From Candidatus Atabeyarchaeum deiterrae (GTDB taxonomy: Archaea > Asgardarchaeota > Atabeyarchaeia > Atabeyarchaeales > Atabeyarchaeaceae), in the NCBI GenBank assembly GCA_037310415.1, contig CP147780.1, positions 2,016,001 to 2,080,000 of the forward strand: 64,000 nt of DNA. Direction: 5' to 3'. Each line of letters opens with the position of its first letter. Position 1 is the first letter of the stretch. The translations under genes were made by a program, and so were the position numbers. Below the pieces are notes generated by a model. It worked only from the letters and a program-made list of their open reading frames with translations, was not told where the DNA came from and did not search any database. Positions 35,809 through 45,568 of this stretch are shown one piece after another.

Positions 35809-36456
35809 ATGAAGAAGAATCTGGCTTTTGGACTTGTAGTCCTAACATTGTTCCTTTTGTTGTCCGTTACATTTCCTTCGACAAAGGCTGCAAGCTACAC
35901 TCAACTCGGTGTGCACGCAGGAGACACAGCAGACTACACAGTTAGATTAGGTGGCTTTTTCCCCAATACCGCGGTGAACGCCGCCCGCGTCACCTTCTGG
36001 AGTGTAAGTGGAAGTTATATTTCAGGCACGTTTACTATTTACGGCCCCAACCACGGCGAATCCTCGACGTACACGATATCCGGTGACGCTTCTAGTGGAA
36101 CGAACCACATCTACTGGTATGCCATCGCGATAAACCTTACGAAAGACGACCCGATCTACAGCGGAGCAACCATGAAGATAGATGAGACAATTACACTCGC
36201 AATTGCCGGAGAGAGCAGGATTGTGAACCACTTCGTAGGCGCTTTCGACGGGGTATACTACGACCTCTACTGGGACAAAGAAACCGGACTAATGGTAAAA
36301 TCTTACATATGCTTTCCGGACTTCGTGGAGAATCTTACGCTGACGTCCACAACAGTCTTCTCTTTTGGCTATTATCCCGTAAAACTCGTTCTGGTAGGAG
36401 GCGCAGTCGCAGTAGCGGTTCTCGCGGTTATTATCGCCTTGCGAAAACGCAAGTAG
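35809..36456 (+). CDS. Surface protein paralog 4
   Basis: ASYTQLGVHAGD, YWDKETGL, TM + RKRK. Confidence 0.85.
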   Translation: MKKNLAFGLVVLTLFLLLSVTFPSTKAASYTQLGVHAGDTADYTVRLGGFFPNTAVNAARVTFWSVSGSYISGTFTIYGPNHGESSTYTISGDASSGTNHIYWYAIAINLTKDDPIYSGATMKIDETITLAIAGESRIVNHFVGAFDGVYYDLYWDKETGLMVKSYICFPDFVENLTLTSTTVFSFGYYPVKLVLVGGAVAVAVLAVIIALRKRK

Positions 36457-36667
36457 TGAGACGGAAGACATGCGGCGAGGCAGATGAGTCGTCGCAGGAA
36501 GCTGCACTTTTCAGCCAGTATGACGATAGACCAGAACTGTACAGATTCAATTTCGAGATCGAGCAAGAAACGAGCCTCAATAGCCGACCGCCACCCCCGA
36601 ACTGACAGAGATGCAACTCTTCTCCTAGTTTGCGCGTGAGATGAAGACCGACAAGTCGCGGTTGCTC

Positions 36668-37078
36668 TCAGCCCTCTTTGAGCTTCTTATCGACGAGCTT
36701 CACGATCTTGTCGGCCCATGTGAAAGCTTCTTCAGCCTCTTCCGCATCATCGTAGTAATGAGACGGGATCTCACCGGGTAGTCCGTTCGGGTATCGTGTC
36801 GGGATGTAGTAATCGTCCAGCCTCTTCGCGCCTTTGAGGCCTCTGAACTCGGGGTCAAGAGAAGTCGCAAGTTTCAGTAGTACGGCGACAGAGTGCGTGA
36901 ATAATGGCTCCTCCTCTTTCAAGTAGAAGAATGCTTTCAGAGCTTTTTCAGCGCTTTGCTGACAAAGGTACAGAGAGAGATAGAAGCGCCTCGCCTTCAT
37001 TAGACTGGTAGCATCTTTGAGTTCTTCCTCGGCTTGGGTTAACCACCTTAACGCTTCGCCTTTAGGATCCTTTCTCAA
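36668..37078 (-). CDS. HEPN domain protein (type VII TA)
   Basis: QQSAEKALKA, THS, YIPTRYPN. Confidence 0.88.
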   Translation of the reverse strand: MRKDPKGEALRWLTQAEEELKDATSLMKARRFYLSLYLCQQSAEKALKAFFYLKEEEPLFTHSVAVLLKLATSLDPEFRGLKGAKRLDDYYIPTRYPNGLPGEIPSHYYDDAEEAEEAFTWADKIVKLVDKKLKEG

Positions 37079-37421
37079 ATACCACCCTCCCTGTTTCAAG
37101 CGCGTGTCTGATGAAGGTACTCACAGGTATGGCTTTCTCAAGCTCTTCCTTAGTGTACGCAAGAATGTCACAATCAACATCTCTCTCTGCTTCCCGGTAG
37201 ATTCTGCTCATCCAGTCTTTCCCACTCTTGCTCGATGGCATGACTGCAATAACATCAAGGTCGCTGTCGCTTCTAATGTTCTTGCGAGCGTACGAGCCAA
37301 ATACAATGATCTTGCTGGCTCCCATCCCTATCAGAAGTCTCTTCACTTTCTCGAGTTGCTCCTCCAGCGCCCTTTTCCGCGTCTTCTTCCGAGCGCGAAT
37401 CTCCCGCAAGGTCAATCGCAT
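37062..37421 (-). CDS. MNT nucleotidyltransferase
   Basis: IVFGSYAR...SDLDVIAV; overlaps the HEPN gene. Confidence 0.88.
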   Translation of the reverse strand: MRLTLREIRARKKTRKRALEEQLEKVKRLLIGMGASKIIVFGSYARKNIRSDSDLDVIAVMPSSKSGKDWMSRIYREAERDVDCDILAYTKEELEKAIPVSTFIRHALETGRVVFEKGS

Positions 37422-38096
37422 TTCAATCCCTCGTCGAACAGTCACCTCTCAAACTTATCAACTTTTGCTAAGCCTTCCGGTAATGTGTGTGGATTCAGAT
37501 TGGCATGAAAGCTGGATGCAGATGGCAATGTGTACGTTTGAATTGCTGCAATCCTACGAATAGTCCAGACTGGGTTTCAAGAGGAATTGGTTAGAAATCC
37601 GAAATTGAAGATTGTACTAAGTGATAGTTGTTCTACCATGCTTTGTACGAGGTACATGAACCATGTTTGACCAGATCGAGACACGGGAGGTGGATAGATG
37701 CCGCGACCAAGTATGACTAGACAGGTAGCCAGAAGAACGGCGCGAAGAACTGGAAGAAGAATGGAAGCTTCCGAGCGTCATGCTGGCAAAGGAAAGCAGA
37801 AATAAGAGCGAGACGGATGAAGACCTGCTCCAAGGATATTGGACCTGCAGTTCAATCTGGCATCCTCCTCTTCTTTTTCTTGAGAGCTGCGAGTGGTTCG
37901 TCTTTGACACAGTCTCTAATTCCTTAATGCCATCACAATGAGCAACACAGTTATGGCTGCCGTCTTTGAATCCACAGTGATTGTCTCTCAGCTAATCGCT
38001 CACGATGTCTCCCACGTTCTGCGTAATCAAGTGAAAGCTTGCCGTCATTTCAAGGGGAATATGCTCCATCATGCGTACTTAGCCAACAGGTTCAAT

Positions 38097-39128
38097 CTAG
38101 AGGCTCGCGCCACAGTTTGAACAGAACTCTGAGTTCGGGAATTTTATGGCAGCGCCGCAGTACGGGCAAAATTGGTTTGCACCAGGTTTCTTGGGATGGG
38201 TCTCTTCAAGTCGCTTTTCTTGGTCAACATATCGATATGGAACTTCCTTCTCCGCTCCTACGTCTCCAACGACCCTGATGTCTTCACTTGCGGCCACATC
38301 AGACCCCCAGGCAATGTCCAGACCTACTCTCAAAGAGCATTTTAGGTTTGAGAGAGACGACTCATAGGTCAGTGGCGACTGTTGCGGTATTTGAATGCTG
38401 AACTGGCTTCCGCCTTCAGACACCTTCCCCTCTATTGGGACCGCAGATTCCAATTTCATCACTTCGGCTCTCTCTGCATGACCTCGGGCTACTGCATATT
38501 CGACGTATGCCAGACACACGTCGATTTTTCTCAGGGTTTTTCCTCCGGGATTTCTGAAATTGCACTTGCCGCTGATGACTTCTCCCCTTCTGTATTCGCC
38601 TCTTTCCAAGACGAATGTGACACCTGGGCTCTCTGAACTGCCCCAAGTGGTTGATGAGATATTGGTCGGAGAGGATCGGAAATCTCGTTGGCCAGTTGAG
38701 ATGACTGGGAGTTCTAGTGTCTCTCCTATGTCAATACCGAGGGGAACATCAATCTTCGCTGTGATCGCATACCAAATTCTAGCATGTTTGCCTCTGTATG
38801 TTGGTGGTAGTTGCTGTGGTAGCGCGAATCTGAAGGGAATCTTGTAGTCTCCAGGTTGGACTTTCCCTTTCTCCCCTAGCGGTAGGGGTAGTGGAAACTC
38901 CTGATGTACGAACTCACGATCCTCGACGGCAGTCTGTCTTTGTTGATGTGAATGCCCTCCCGAATACGAGGATGTCTCGTAGCTGACCTCGGTTCTTTCC
39001 TTCCCTGTCAGATATATGCCAGCACTTCTCTCGGAAACTGGTTTGTCAAGGTAGATACGAGCAACGCCCTTGACATCTTCCCCAGGAAGATAGAGGCCTT
39101 TTTCGAGTTCTATCGCCACCTTACCCAT
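38097..39128 (-). CDS. Arrestin-fold (N and C domain) protein with C-terminal Zn ribbon
   Basis: YLPGEDVKG, PGDYKIPFRFALPQQLPPTYRG..ARIWY, YRRGEVISG, CPYCG...FCSNCG. Confidence 0.8.
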   Translation of the reverse strand: MGKVAIELEKGLYLPGEDVKGVARIYLDKPVSERSAGIYLTGKERTEVSYETSSYSGGHSHQQRQTAVEDREFVHQEFPLPLPLGEKGKVQPGDYKIPFRFALPQQLPPTYRGKHARIWYAITAKIDVPLGIDIGETLELPVISTGQRDFRSSPTNISSTTWGSSESPGVTFVLERGEYRRGEVISGKCNFRNPGGKTLRKIDVCLAYVEYAVARGHAERAEVMKLESAVPIEGKVSEGGSQFSIQIPQQSPLTYESSLSNLKCSLRVGLDIAWGSDVAASEDIRVVGDVGAEKEVPYRYVDQEKRLEETHPKKPGANQFCPYCGAAIKFPNSEFCSNCGASL

Positions 39129-39454
39129 AGAAACACCACACGATGAAGACGCATCACTTCTTCTTTTATGTACTCGGAAGGCTTGAAGTATTAAATCCTT
39201 CCATCTCTGCTTTGTCCAAGGTTCCATGGATTCCTCAGACTTAACGAAATGACTGGAGCAGCTCAGAAACATTGGATTGTGTGCCATCTTTGGAAGTTGT
39301 GAAGAGAGGCAGTCTTACTCTTCTCCACCTGTCGATTGCGTCGGCTTTTTCGCAGATGAAGGTCCATTCTGGGGTTAGAAGGGAGACAGTATTAAATAGG
39401 CAACTTGTTTCATTCATATTCAACGGTAACGGAATTGGATTTGGGGGGGATTCA

Positions 39455-40141
39455 GTGAGAAAAACCTTAGTGTACTCTTTAGCAGCGATTTCACTTCTTC
39501 TTATCGCCATGATTGCAGTTGTTCCATCGTCTGCAGCAGACTACACGAAAGTTGGAGTTAAGGCAGGAGACACCGCACACTACACACTTGAGGTAACTAA
39601 CTTTACTGCAGGCATGACTATGAGTGTCTACGTGAAAAATGTCACGGGAGTCATGGTGGGTGTCAACTTGACCATACTCAATCCAGACAGCTCGCTGAAT
39701 GACACGGAAATGATGCTAGGCAACATCACAGACGGAAGCGGCTTCCTTTTTCCATTCTATCCTCTCGTCGCGTCTAACCTGAAGCAAGGCGACCTGATAT
39801 ACGACCATCCAGGTAATCCAGCAATCAACGAGACCATACCAGTGAACATCGCAGGATACAGCCGCACAGTCAATTTTGTCAACTTGACCTCAGACCCAGC
39901 CAATTACATGCGCATTTGGTGGGATCAACCCACTGGGCTTGTTGTTCAAATCAGGATGCTTCTTTCTGACATGGGGATGGGGTCGATCAACGCCACGTTA
40001 ACTTCTACAACAGCATTCACTACTAGCGGCGGAGCCCCGCCATACGACATAACCACAATGGTCATAGTCATTGCCCTAGTAATCATAGTCGTTGCTGGCG
40101 CTGCAGCAGGAGTTCATAGACGGGGAAAGAGTACGATCTGA
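39455..40141 (+). CDS. Surface protein paralog 5
   Basis: GTG at 39455; ADYTKVGVKAGD, WWDQPTGL, TM. Confidence 0.85.
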   Translation: MRKTLVYSLAAISLLLIAMIAVVPSSAADYTKVGVKAGDTAHYTLEVTNFTAGMTMSVYVKNVTGVMVGVNLTILNPDSSLNDTEMMLGNITDGSGFLFPFYPLVASNLKQGDLIYDHPGNPAINETIPVNIAGYSRTVNFVNLTSDPANYMRIWWDQPTGLVVQIRMLLSDMGMGSINATLTSTTAFTTSGGAPPYDITTMVIVIALVIIVVAGAAAGVHRRGKSTI

Positions 40142-40354
40142 CGAGACGCTTAAGTCACTAGCAGAGAATGTATTGGAACCAACCTCTTTCCCTCTTTTCT
40201 TGATGCTTTCCCATTGTTCCTAGTTGGTCTTCCAAGGTCAGGGTGTCAAGCGGAACAGCTTACCACGTCTCATATCATCTGTGAAATCAAGAAAAAGGGT
40301 CGCACCATGAGTTCTCGTCGGAGATAGCTAGGCTCGAGATACGACGACACTGCG

Positions 40355-41113
40355 TTATTTTGCAGTCATTTTTCTGAGGAAGTTGAGTGCCTCTCGATAT
40401 TCCAGTTTGGCGTTTATGGCTCTATCCATTACCTGGCCAACGTTCTCTCTTATCGCGGAACCATGGGAAGGCGCTATGATTTCGATCTTCTCTCTCCTAA
40501 GTGGCGAGAGGTATTTCTTGATATTTTCCTCCCTGTACCCAAGACCCTCATGAAGAATCATAATGTCGTGGACGAGTCTGTCAGTTGGTGTCCCTGGTCT
40601 TTGTGAGGAGTTTCCATTGCCTAATTGTCCAAAGTAGTCACCTGAGAAAAGGATCCCATCCGGCTTCAATAAGAAGATGACGGTTCCAGTCGTCTCGATC
40701 GGCGCGTATATTACTTCGATCCGTCGGTCGCCGATTGGGATTGTTTCCCCACCGTTTACGGAGATTACTCCCTTGACCACGCCCATGAAACCGAGTTGAA
40801 CTCTGAGAAAACTGTGCGCGACAACACTTGCATTGTATGCTTCAGATACATATTCTGGGAGTCCACCGAAATGGTCAAGATGCTCATGTGTAACGAAAAT
40901 ATGGGATACTGTCTCGAGAGGGACCATATCACTTACCGCATGCAGGAATCCATTTGCAAGGTAAGGCGTTCCCGTCTCGACCAGCACTGGAACTTTGCCC
41001 ATTATGAGAAATGAGGACACTGAGATTCCGTTTTCCGGCATATACTCAGTAAGCGCGAATATATTATCCTTGATCTCGCGGATTTCAACCATGTGTGGTC
41101 TTGCCTCAAGCAT
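40355..41113 (-). CDS. Metallo-beta-lactamase fold protein (FprA/ODP-like, no flavodoxin domain)
   Basis: THEHLDHFGG, LFSGDYFG, IAPSHG. Confidence 0.75.
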   Translation of the reverse strand: MLEARPHMVEIREIKDNIFALTEYMPENGISVSSFLIMGKVPVLVETGTPYLANGFLHAVSDMVPLETVSHIFVTHEHLDHFGGLPEYVSEAYNASVVAHSFLRVQLGFMGVVKGVISVNGGETIPIGDRRIEVIYAPIETTGTVIFLLKPDGILFSGDYFGQLGNGNSSQRPGTPTDRLVHDIMILHEGLGYREENIKKYLSPLRREKIEIIAPSHGSAIRENVGQVMDRAINAKLEYREALNFLRKMTAK

Positions 41114-41522
41114 AATCAATATGCGAGTAGTTGCTGTTCACATCTTCTATATCTCGTTCGAGATCGTCCAAGTCGCTCTTTATCTTATCTATCAACTGTG
41201 GAGAGCTGCCGACTATTGACGTCGTGCTGAGTTTCTGCTCAATCGTCTTCAAGTATTTCTTGGCGAGTTGTTTGGCCACTGCAGTGTTGACTCTAGAAAC
41301 GGTTGCTAGCATCAATCTCTGACCAACCGCTAGTGAGATCTGGTTTCTGCCAGTGACGACCTGCTCTATTGATTCATTTAGAACATTCAGTGTAAAGGAT
41401 CGGATCGCGCTCAAGGCTGAGACCGCCAGTTCCGATGCAGTCGTGGGCGGCACTCCGTAGAACTTGTCGTGAATCAAGATCCCGTCTTTCGTGCCGAGTA
41501 TGTAGCCATAGATCATTGGCAT
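41106..41522 (-). CDS. Longin-like small protein
   Basis: YILGTKDGILI...LAVSALSAIRSFT...SIEQV pattern of Asgard longin-like domains. Confidence 0.6.
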   Translation of the reverse strand: MPMIYGYILGTKDGILIHDKFYGVPPTTASELAVSALSAIRSFTLNVLNESIEQVVTGRNQISLAVGQRLMLATVSRVNTAVAKQLAKKYLKTIEQKLSTTSIVGSSPQLIDKIKSDLDDLERDIEDVNSNYSHIDYA

Positions 41523-41675
41523 CTCAAAATGCTCCTCTTGAGAAACGAACATGCATTTCCCGATTCTGAAGAAAGAACCGTCCCCACCTGAGATATATCT
41601 TTTTCTTCCATTCGTTCTGGTAACTGAAGAAGGCAACTACGTATATCGTATTCTCAGGGCTTCGCGGAGATCCGA

Positions 41676-42089
41676 CTACCAGATTGCTTCCCGCATCTTC
41701 TGATCTGATTCCTTGAAGTAGGAATCATAAACCACATCCAGTGCAGGGGAAATCTGTGACAAGGCGTCCCAGTTTGAAGAATGCCTCTCAGCCGAGAAGT
41801 TGCTGAAGAACATCACTTGGAGCTCTTCAAGTTCCCTCCTTACTTCAGTCGCCTTCGCATTCAGATCTGTGCGAACGATGAAGAGCAACCCATGCGAAGA
41901 AAGAACAAAGTATTTTGATCGACCAATACCGACAGATTCCAAGCTACCCGACATCACCTTGCTCGCAAACGAGTTCATAGCAGTCATGAAACCAGGAAGG
42001 AGATCCTGGCTAACTGTGCCGTTAGTGGACCTAGCGTAGATGCATGTGCCAGCTTCAGTGGCAATATAGAAGTGTGTGACTGCCGGCAT
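41676..42089 (-). CDS. Longin-like small protein
   Basis: FYIATEAGTCIY...DLLPGFMTAMNSFA...LESV...LLFIVRTD...LEELQVMF. Confidence 0.7.
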   Translation of the reverse strand: MPAVTHFYIATEAGTCIYARSTNGTVSQDLLPGFMTAMNSFASKVMSGSLESVGIGRSKYFVLSSHGLLFIVRTDLNAKATEVRRELEELQVMFFSNFSAERHSSNWDALSQISPALDVVYDSYFKESDQKMREAIW

Positions 42090-42170
42090 AGGTGACCGCC
42101 TTTCCGAATCGTATGACCTCAATACAGTATACTTACCTCAGGAGATTTGTAATATAGCTTTCGAACAGGG

Positions 42171-42183
42171 TGCGATAATCGCA
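42171..42183. promoter_or_regulatory. Palindrome TGCGATAATCGCA in a divergent promoter
   Basis: Perfect 6-1-6 palindrome; near-identical copy at 49884-49898. Confidence 0.45.
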
Positions 42184-42316
42184 ACACGTTGCCGATAATT
42201 TATTAGAGTGCTCGGCATGATATATCTCACAGATTAAGAGGGGCCTCTCTCCTCAAAGAGCGCATTGATGGTACCCGGTTCACCATAAATGGTTATTCAG
42301 ATCGGCTGGAAGGTGG

Positions 42317-42982
42317 ATGTCTTTGATAGACTGGCAATCTATTGTGTCGCTTGAAATCATAGCTGTGAAGGAGCAGGCGAAAGTATATGGACCAGTGATT
42401 CCAAGACTTGTCGCCGCTTCATCGGTAAAATTCGTAGCCGAGAAACTGAATGAGGAGGCCCCCACAGTAGATACCCTGGAGCAGGCTGTAAACTACATAA
42501 AGAAGAATCAGAGTCGATACCCCAAAGCATTCACTGCCTTAGGCTACGGAGTAATAAAGGCTGTAAGCACCCTAGAGGGAAAGTCAGGAGCAGGAACCAG
42601 ATTGTTCAAGTCCATCATGAAGACAGTTATGGAGAGCATGGGGCTAAAGAAGGTGCTGGGCTCCGTCGCTGGAACCGCAGACGCAGCGAGGAAGAACACA
42701 AAGTTCAACGAAGACATGAACGTTATACAGAAAGGCATCACAGAAATCTCCGGAGACTACAACAACGCTTTCGAGCAAATCAGAGGCTGCGACTATACCG
42801 ATGTATGCACGAAACTCCTTCAGGAAAGAATAACTAGAGCAGCTGTCGGTGGGTCGGAATGCACCTATGCACTCTCAGATGCTGCTGCGGCGGCAATCCT
42901 TACAGGAGTCGAACACGAGTACGAACTCACCAGCTTCAAGCCCCCTATTTGCGAGTACAGAGTTTTCCAGCTCGAAGGCTAG
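42317..42982 (+). CDS. V4R/L2R-like protein (paralog of 33723)
   Basis: Same conserved blocks and Cys spacing as 33723..34376. Confidence 0.55.
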   Translation: MSLIDWQSIVSLEIIAVKEQAKVYGPVIPRLVAASSVKFVAEKLNEEAPTVDTLEQAVNYIKKNQSRYPKAFTALGYGVIKAVSTLEGKSGAGTRLFKSIMKTVMESMGLKKVLGSVAGTADAARKNTKFNEDMNVIQKGITEISGDYNNAFEQIRGCDYTDVCTKLLQERITRAAVGGSECTYALSDAAAAAILTGVEHEYELTSFKPPICEYRVFQLEG

Positions 42983-43241
42983 GACCGAAACTGATCCGGA
43001 AGGTTCACAACCTCTCACGAAGGGGATGAAAGCGCGGCTGATCAGAAAGATCTCCATTTCCACGAAGGTAAAATGCAATCATTAATCAATGCGCGACTAC
43101 TATAAATAGCGAATATGCAATTACTGAGAAAATGTCAAGTCGGAAAATGGGGAAATTAATTTGTCTCTGTCGAGCAAGTTGAGTCGTCTTCGCGTTACCG
43201 ACGCTAAGTTCGTGATCGGAGGCAAGAAGGGCGGCGGCAAG

Positions 43242-43640
43242 ATGGTTGAGATTCGCATTGAGGGTTCGAGGATCATGCCCGCTCAACTCATTCAAGTGGT
43301 TGAGCATGAACCTTGGGTTGGCTCTTGGTGGAAAACGCGTCACACAAAGAGAATACTGCTTGATGATGATGCCGCCATACAAGAAAGGTACACTCTTAGT
43401 CTAGCCATACATGAGACAGTTGAGAAATGGATATACGAGACATTCTTCAAAGGCATTCCAATCAGCAAGACATATTCGACTTGCCACCGGATAGCGCAAA
43501 ACATAGAACGGAACTTCCATCAACGGAAATGGGGAAAAGAATCCTGGAAGGAGTATTCGGAGCTCGTCGACAAGGTGTATCGTAAAGAGAGCAGATACGC
43601 CGAAACTAACCTTGAGCAGGGCAAACTCCCAGAAAAGTGA
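43242..43640 (+). CDS. Hypothetical protein
   Basis: Likely ATG at 43242; contains an HETVE segment. Confidence 0.5.
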   Translation: MVEIRIEGSRIMPAQLIQVVEHEPWVGSWWKTRHTKRILLDDDAAIQERYTLSLAIHETVEKWIYETFFKGIPISKTYSTCHRIAQNIERNFHQRKWGKESWKEYSELVDKVYRKESRYAETNLEQGKLPEK

Positions 43641-43821
43641 GCGCTCTGAACCATTCGCGTCCGATTCTTGAGAAGAAATCGTCGGCTAGTGCTTTGTCGG
43701 CTTCGTGCTCAATCCAACTCCTCTTTCAGACTTGCTTCTTAAGCGGTTCCCCTGATTGCCGATCGATTCGCCAGCAGAGGCAAAATAGGAAAAATGAGAG
43801 AAGAACAGGTTCATGATCTGT

Positions 43822-44487
43822 CTAGTGTCGGAACTTCGGGAAGAATCCTCCAGTTCTTGCCTCGTACTCTGTATAGACCTTGCCGAATCTCTTTTCTAGC
43901 ATCACCTCTTCAGCCTTTGCTTGGCTTCGTAGTGCGAACCAAGAGATAACGCCGAAGACATAGATCCAGACGCCAGTTGCCAGGAAGCCGAAGATAGTAT
44001 CCATCGAAAGCCTCAAGTACGCTGGGTGGCGGATGAACTTGTATGGACCTCCAGTGGCCAGGACGTACTTCGACTTCATAGCTTTATAACAAGGGGTAAA
44101 GTTGACATTGTAGAATTGGACAGCTGAATGCAACCCTTCTAGGAACCAGATACCGAAAATGCCGATCCAATTCAACCAGACAGGCAAGTCTAGAACGAGT
44201 GGCGCCATATAGATCCACAGATCAATTGTCGGCTCGACAAAAGACACCATGTAGATAATGAGTAATGCGAATATGGAGAGTTCATATATGAGGCCACCGA
44301 CTACGCCTAAGTACCAGCTCCATCGCGTGCCAGGAGTCCTCGACTCGCCCTTCATGAAATGAGTCTCTGCGACAATGGATCCCGGCGGCAACCTCTTGGC
44401 ATTCTTCCTTCTCGCCCACGCGATGAATATTCCTACAGGAAGCGCAGCCCCCAGGATCGCCAGAACGAATTCCAATCGACCTATCAC
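43822..44487 (-). CDS. ICMT/PEMT family membrane methyltransferase
   Basis: LATGGPYKFIRHPAY, EEVMLEKRFGKVY.EY..RTG.FFP. Confidence 0.85.
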   Translation of the reverse strand: MIGRLEFVLAILGAALPVGIFIAWARRKNAKRLPPGSIVAETHFMKGESRTPGTRWSWYLGVVGGLIYELSIFALLIIYMVSFVEPTIDLWIYMAPLVLDLPVWLNWIGIFGIWFLEGLHSAVQFYNVNFTPCYKAMKSKYVLATGGPYKFIRHPAYLRLSMDTIFGFLATGVWIYVFGVISWFALRSQAKAEEVMLEKRFGKVYTEYEARTGGFFPKFRH

Positions 44488-44945
44488 TTTCTTGCCCTCC
44501 TACTAGTCTTCGCAGAAGGATCAACCCTGACGATACCAACCTCGCGGCCACGCATTGGAGCTACTGGGGGCGATACTTAACCTAATTTCTCAACGAATGC
44601 AGAACCTCTCCTATAGATTAGTCTTCACATTGGCAACCGACCTTATAGGCTGTGATCCGCATTGCAGAGTGCCCTCAGTCATTGAAGGGTTTCGACTTTG
44701 GAAAAGAGTCTGCGACCGCGTCCGACTGCTCTCCCTATCGGCTCTAGCCAAAAACCCCTTGCACCAAATCATCTAATGTGCATCCTCCCTTGAACTTGAA
44801 GGAGAGCTCTTCGTCGAACCTAAGCACTTCTGTCATACCAATGACTTGGGGGATAGGTTATTTCAACATTTCCACGATAAAAGACCTAACCCGCAGACAA
44901 GGAAAATCATAGAGTCAGACCCCAAGGCTCCCCGTGGTTCAAGGT

Positions 44946-45554
44946 CTACTGTAATCGTTCCCTAGTATAGGAGGCGACGATCCCAGCCAACCTAACAGCA
45001 ACTGGCGCAACAATGAGCAATGTAATCAAAGATACACTGAAGAACGGTAAGAAGTTGTAGAGGATCGCTGATAGAAAGTTCTCACCAACAATCAGAAGCA
45101 GACCAGCGAGATAGAATACAATCATCACCAGAAAGCCCGCCATGGTGAAAAGGATGAGCTTGCCGAGTGTCCTCCCTCTCGAGAATCCTTCTCCCTGATT
45201 GTAGTGTGGGATGCCTACTATCAAACCCAACAGGCCGTAGGAGAGGTTTATCAAACCGAGAGCTATGATTTGTTGAGTGTACAGAAGGTCAGCTATGAGC
45301 GTTCCGAATAGCCCCACCACGAAACCAGCGAACGGTCCGAAGAACGCAGCGACAAGGGGAATAACCAAGAGCGCCAAGCTGATCTGCACTGTTATCAATC
45401 CTAAGGCTTTGTACTCAGGCAACTCCACCGCGTATAGAAGCATGTAGCTGAATACCCCGACTATGATGGTTAGACAGGTTCGGTTGGCTGAGTCCTCTGT
45501 ATCAAGCCGCAGGAAACTTAGGATGCGTCCTCCTCTACTCATTTCTTTGGGCAT
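44946..45554 (-). CDS. ECF transporter S component
   Basis: About 6 TM; AAFFGPFAGFVVGLFGTLIADL motif. Confidence 0.75.
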   Translation of the reverse strand: MPKEMSRGGRILSFLRLDTEDSANRTCLTIIVGVFSYMLLYAVELPEYKALGLITVQISLALLVIPLVAAFFGPFAGFVVGLFGTLIADLLYTQQIIALGLINLSYGLLGLIVGIPHYNQGEGFSRGRTLGKLILFTMAGFLVMIVFYLAGLLLIVGENFLSAILYNFLPFFSVSLITLLIVAPVAVRLAGIVASYTRERLQ

Positions 45555-45568
45555 GTTTCGGATTCCTC

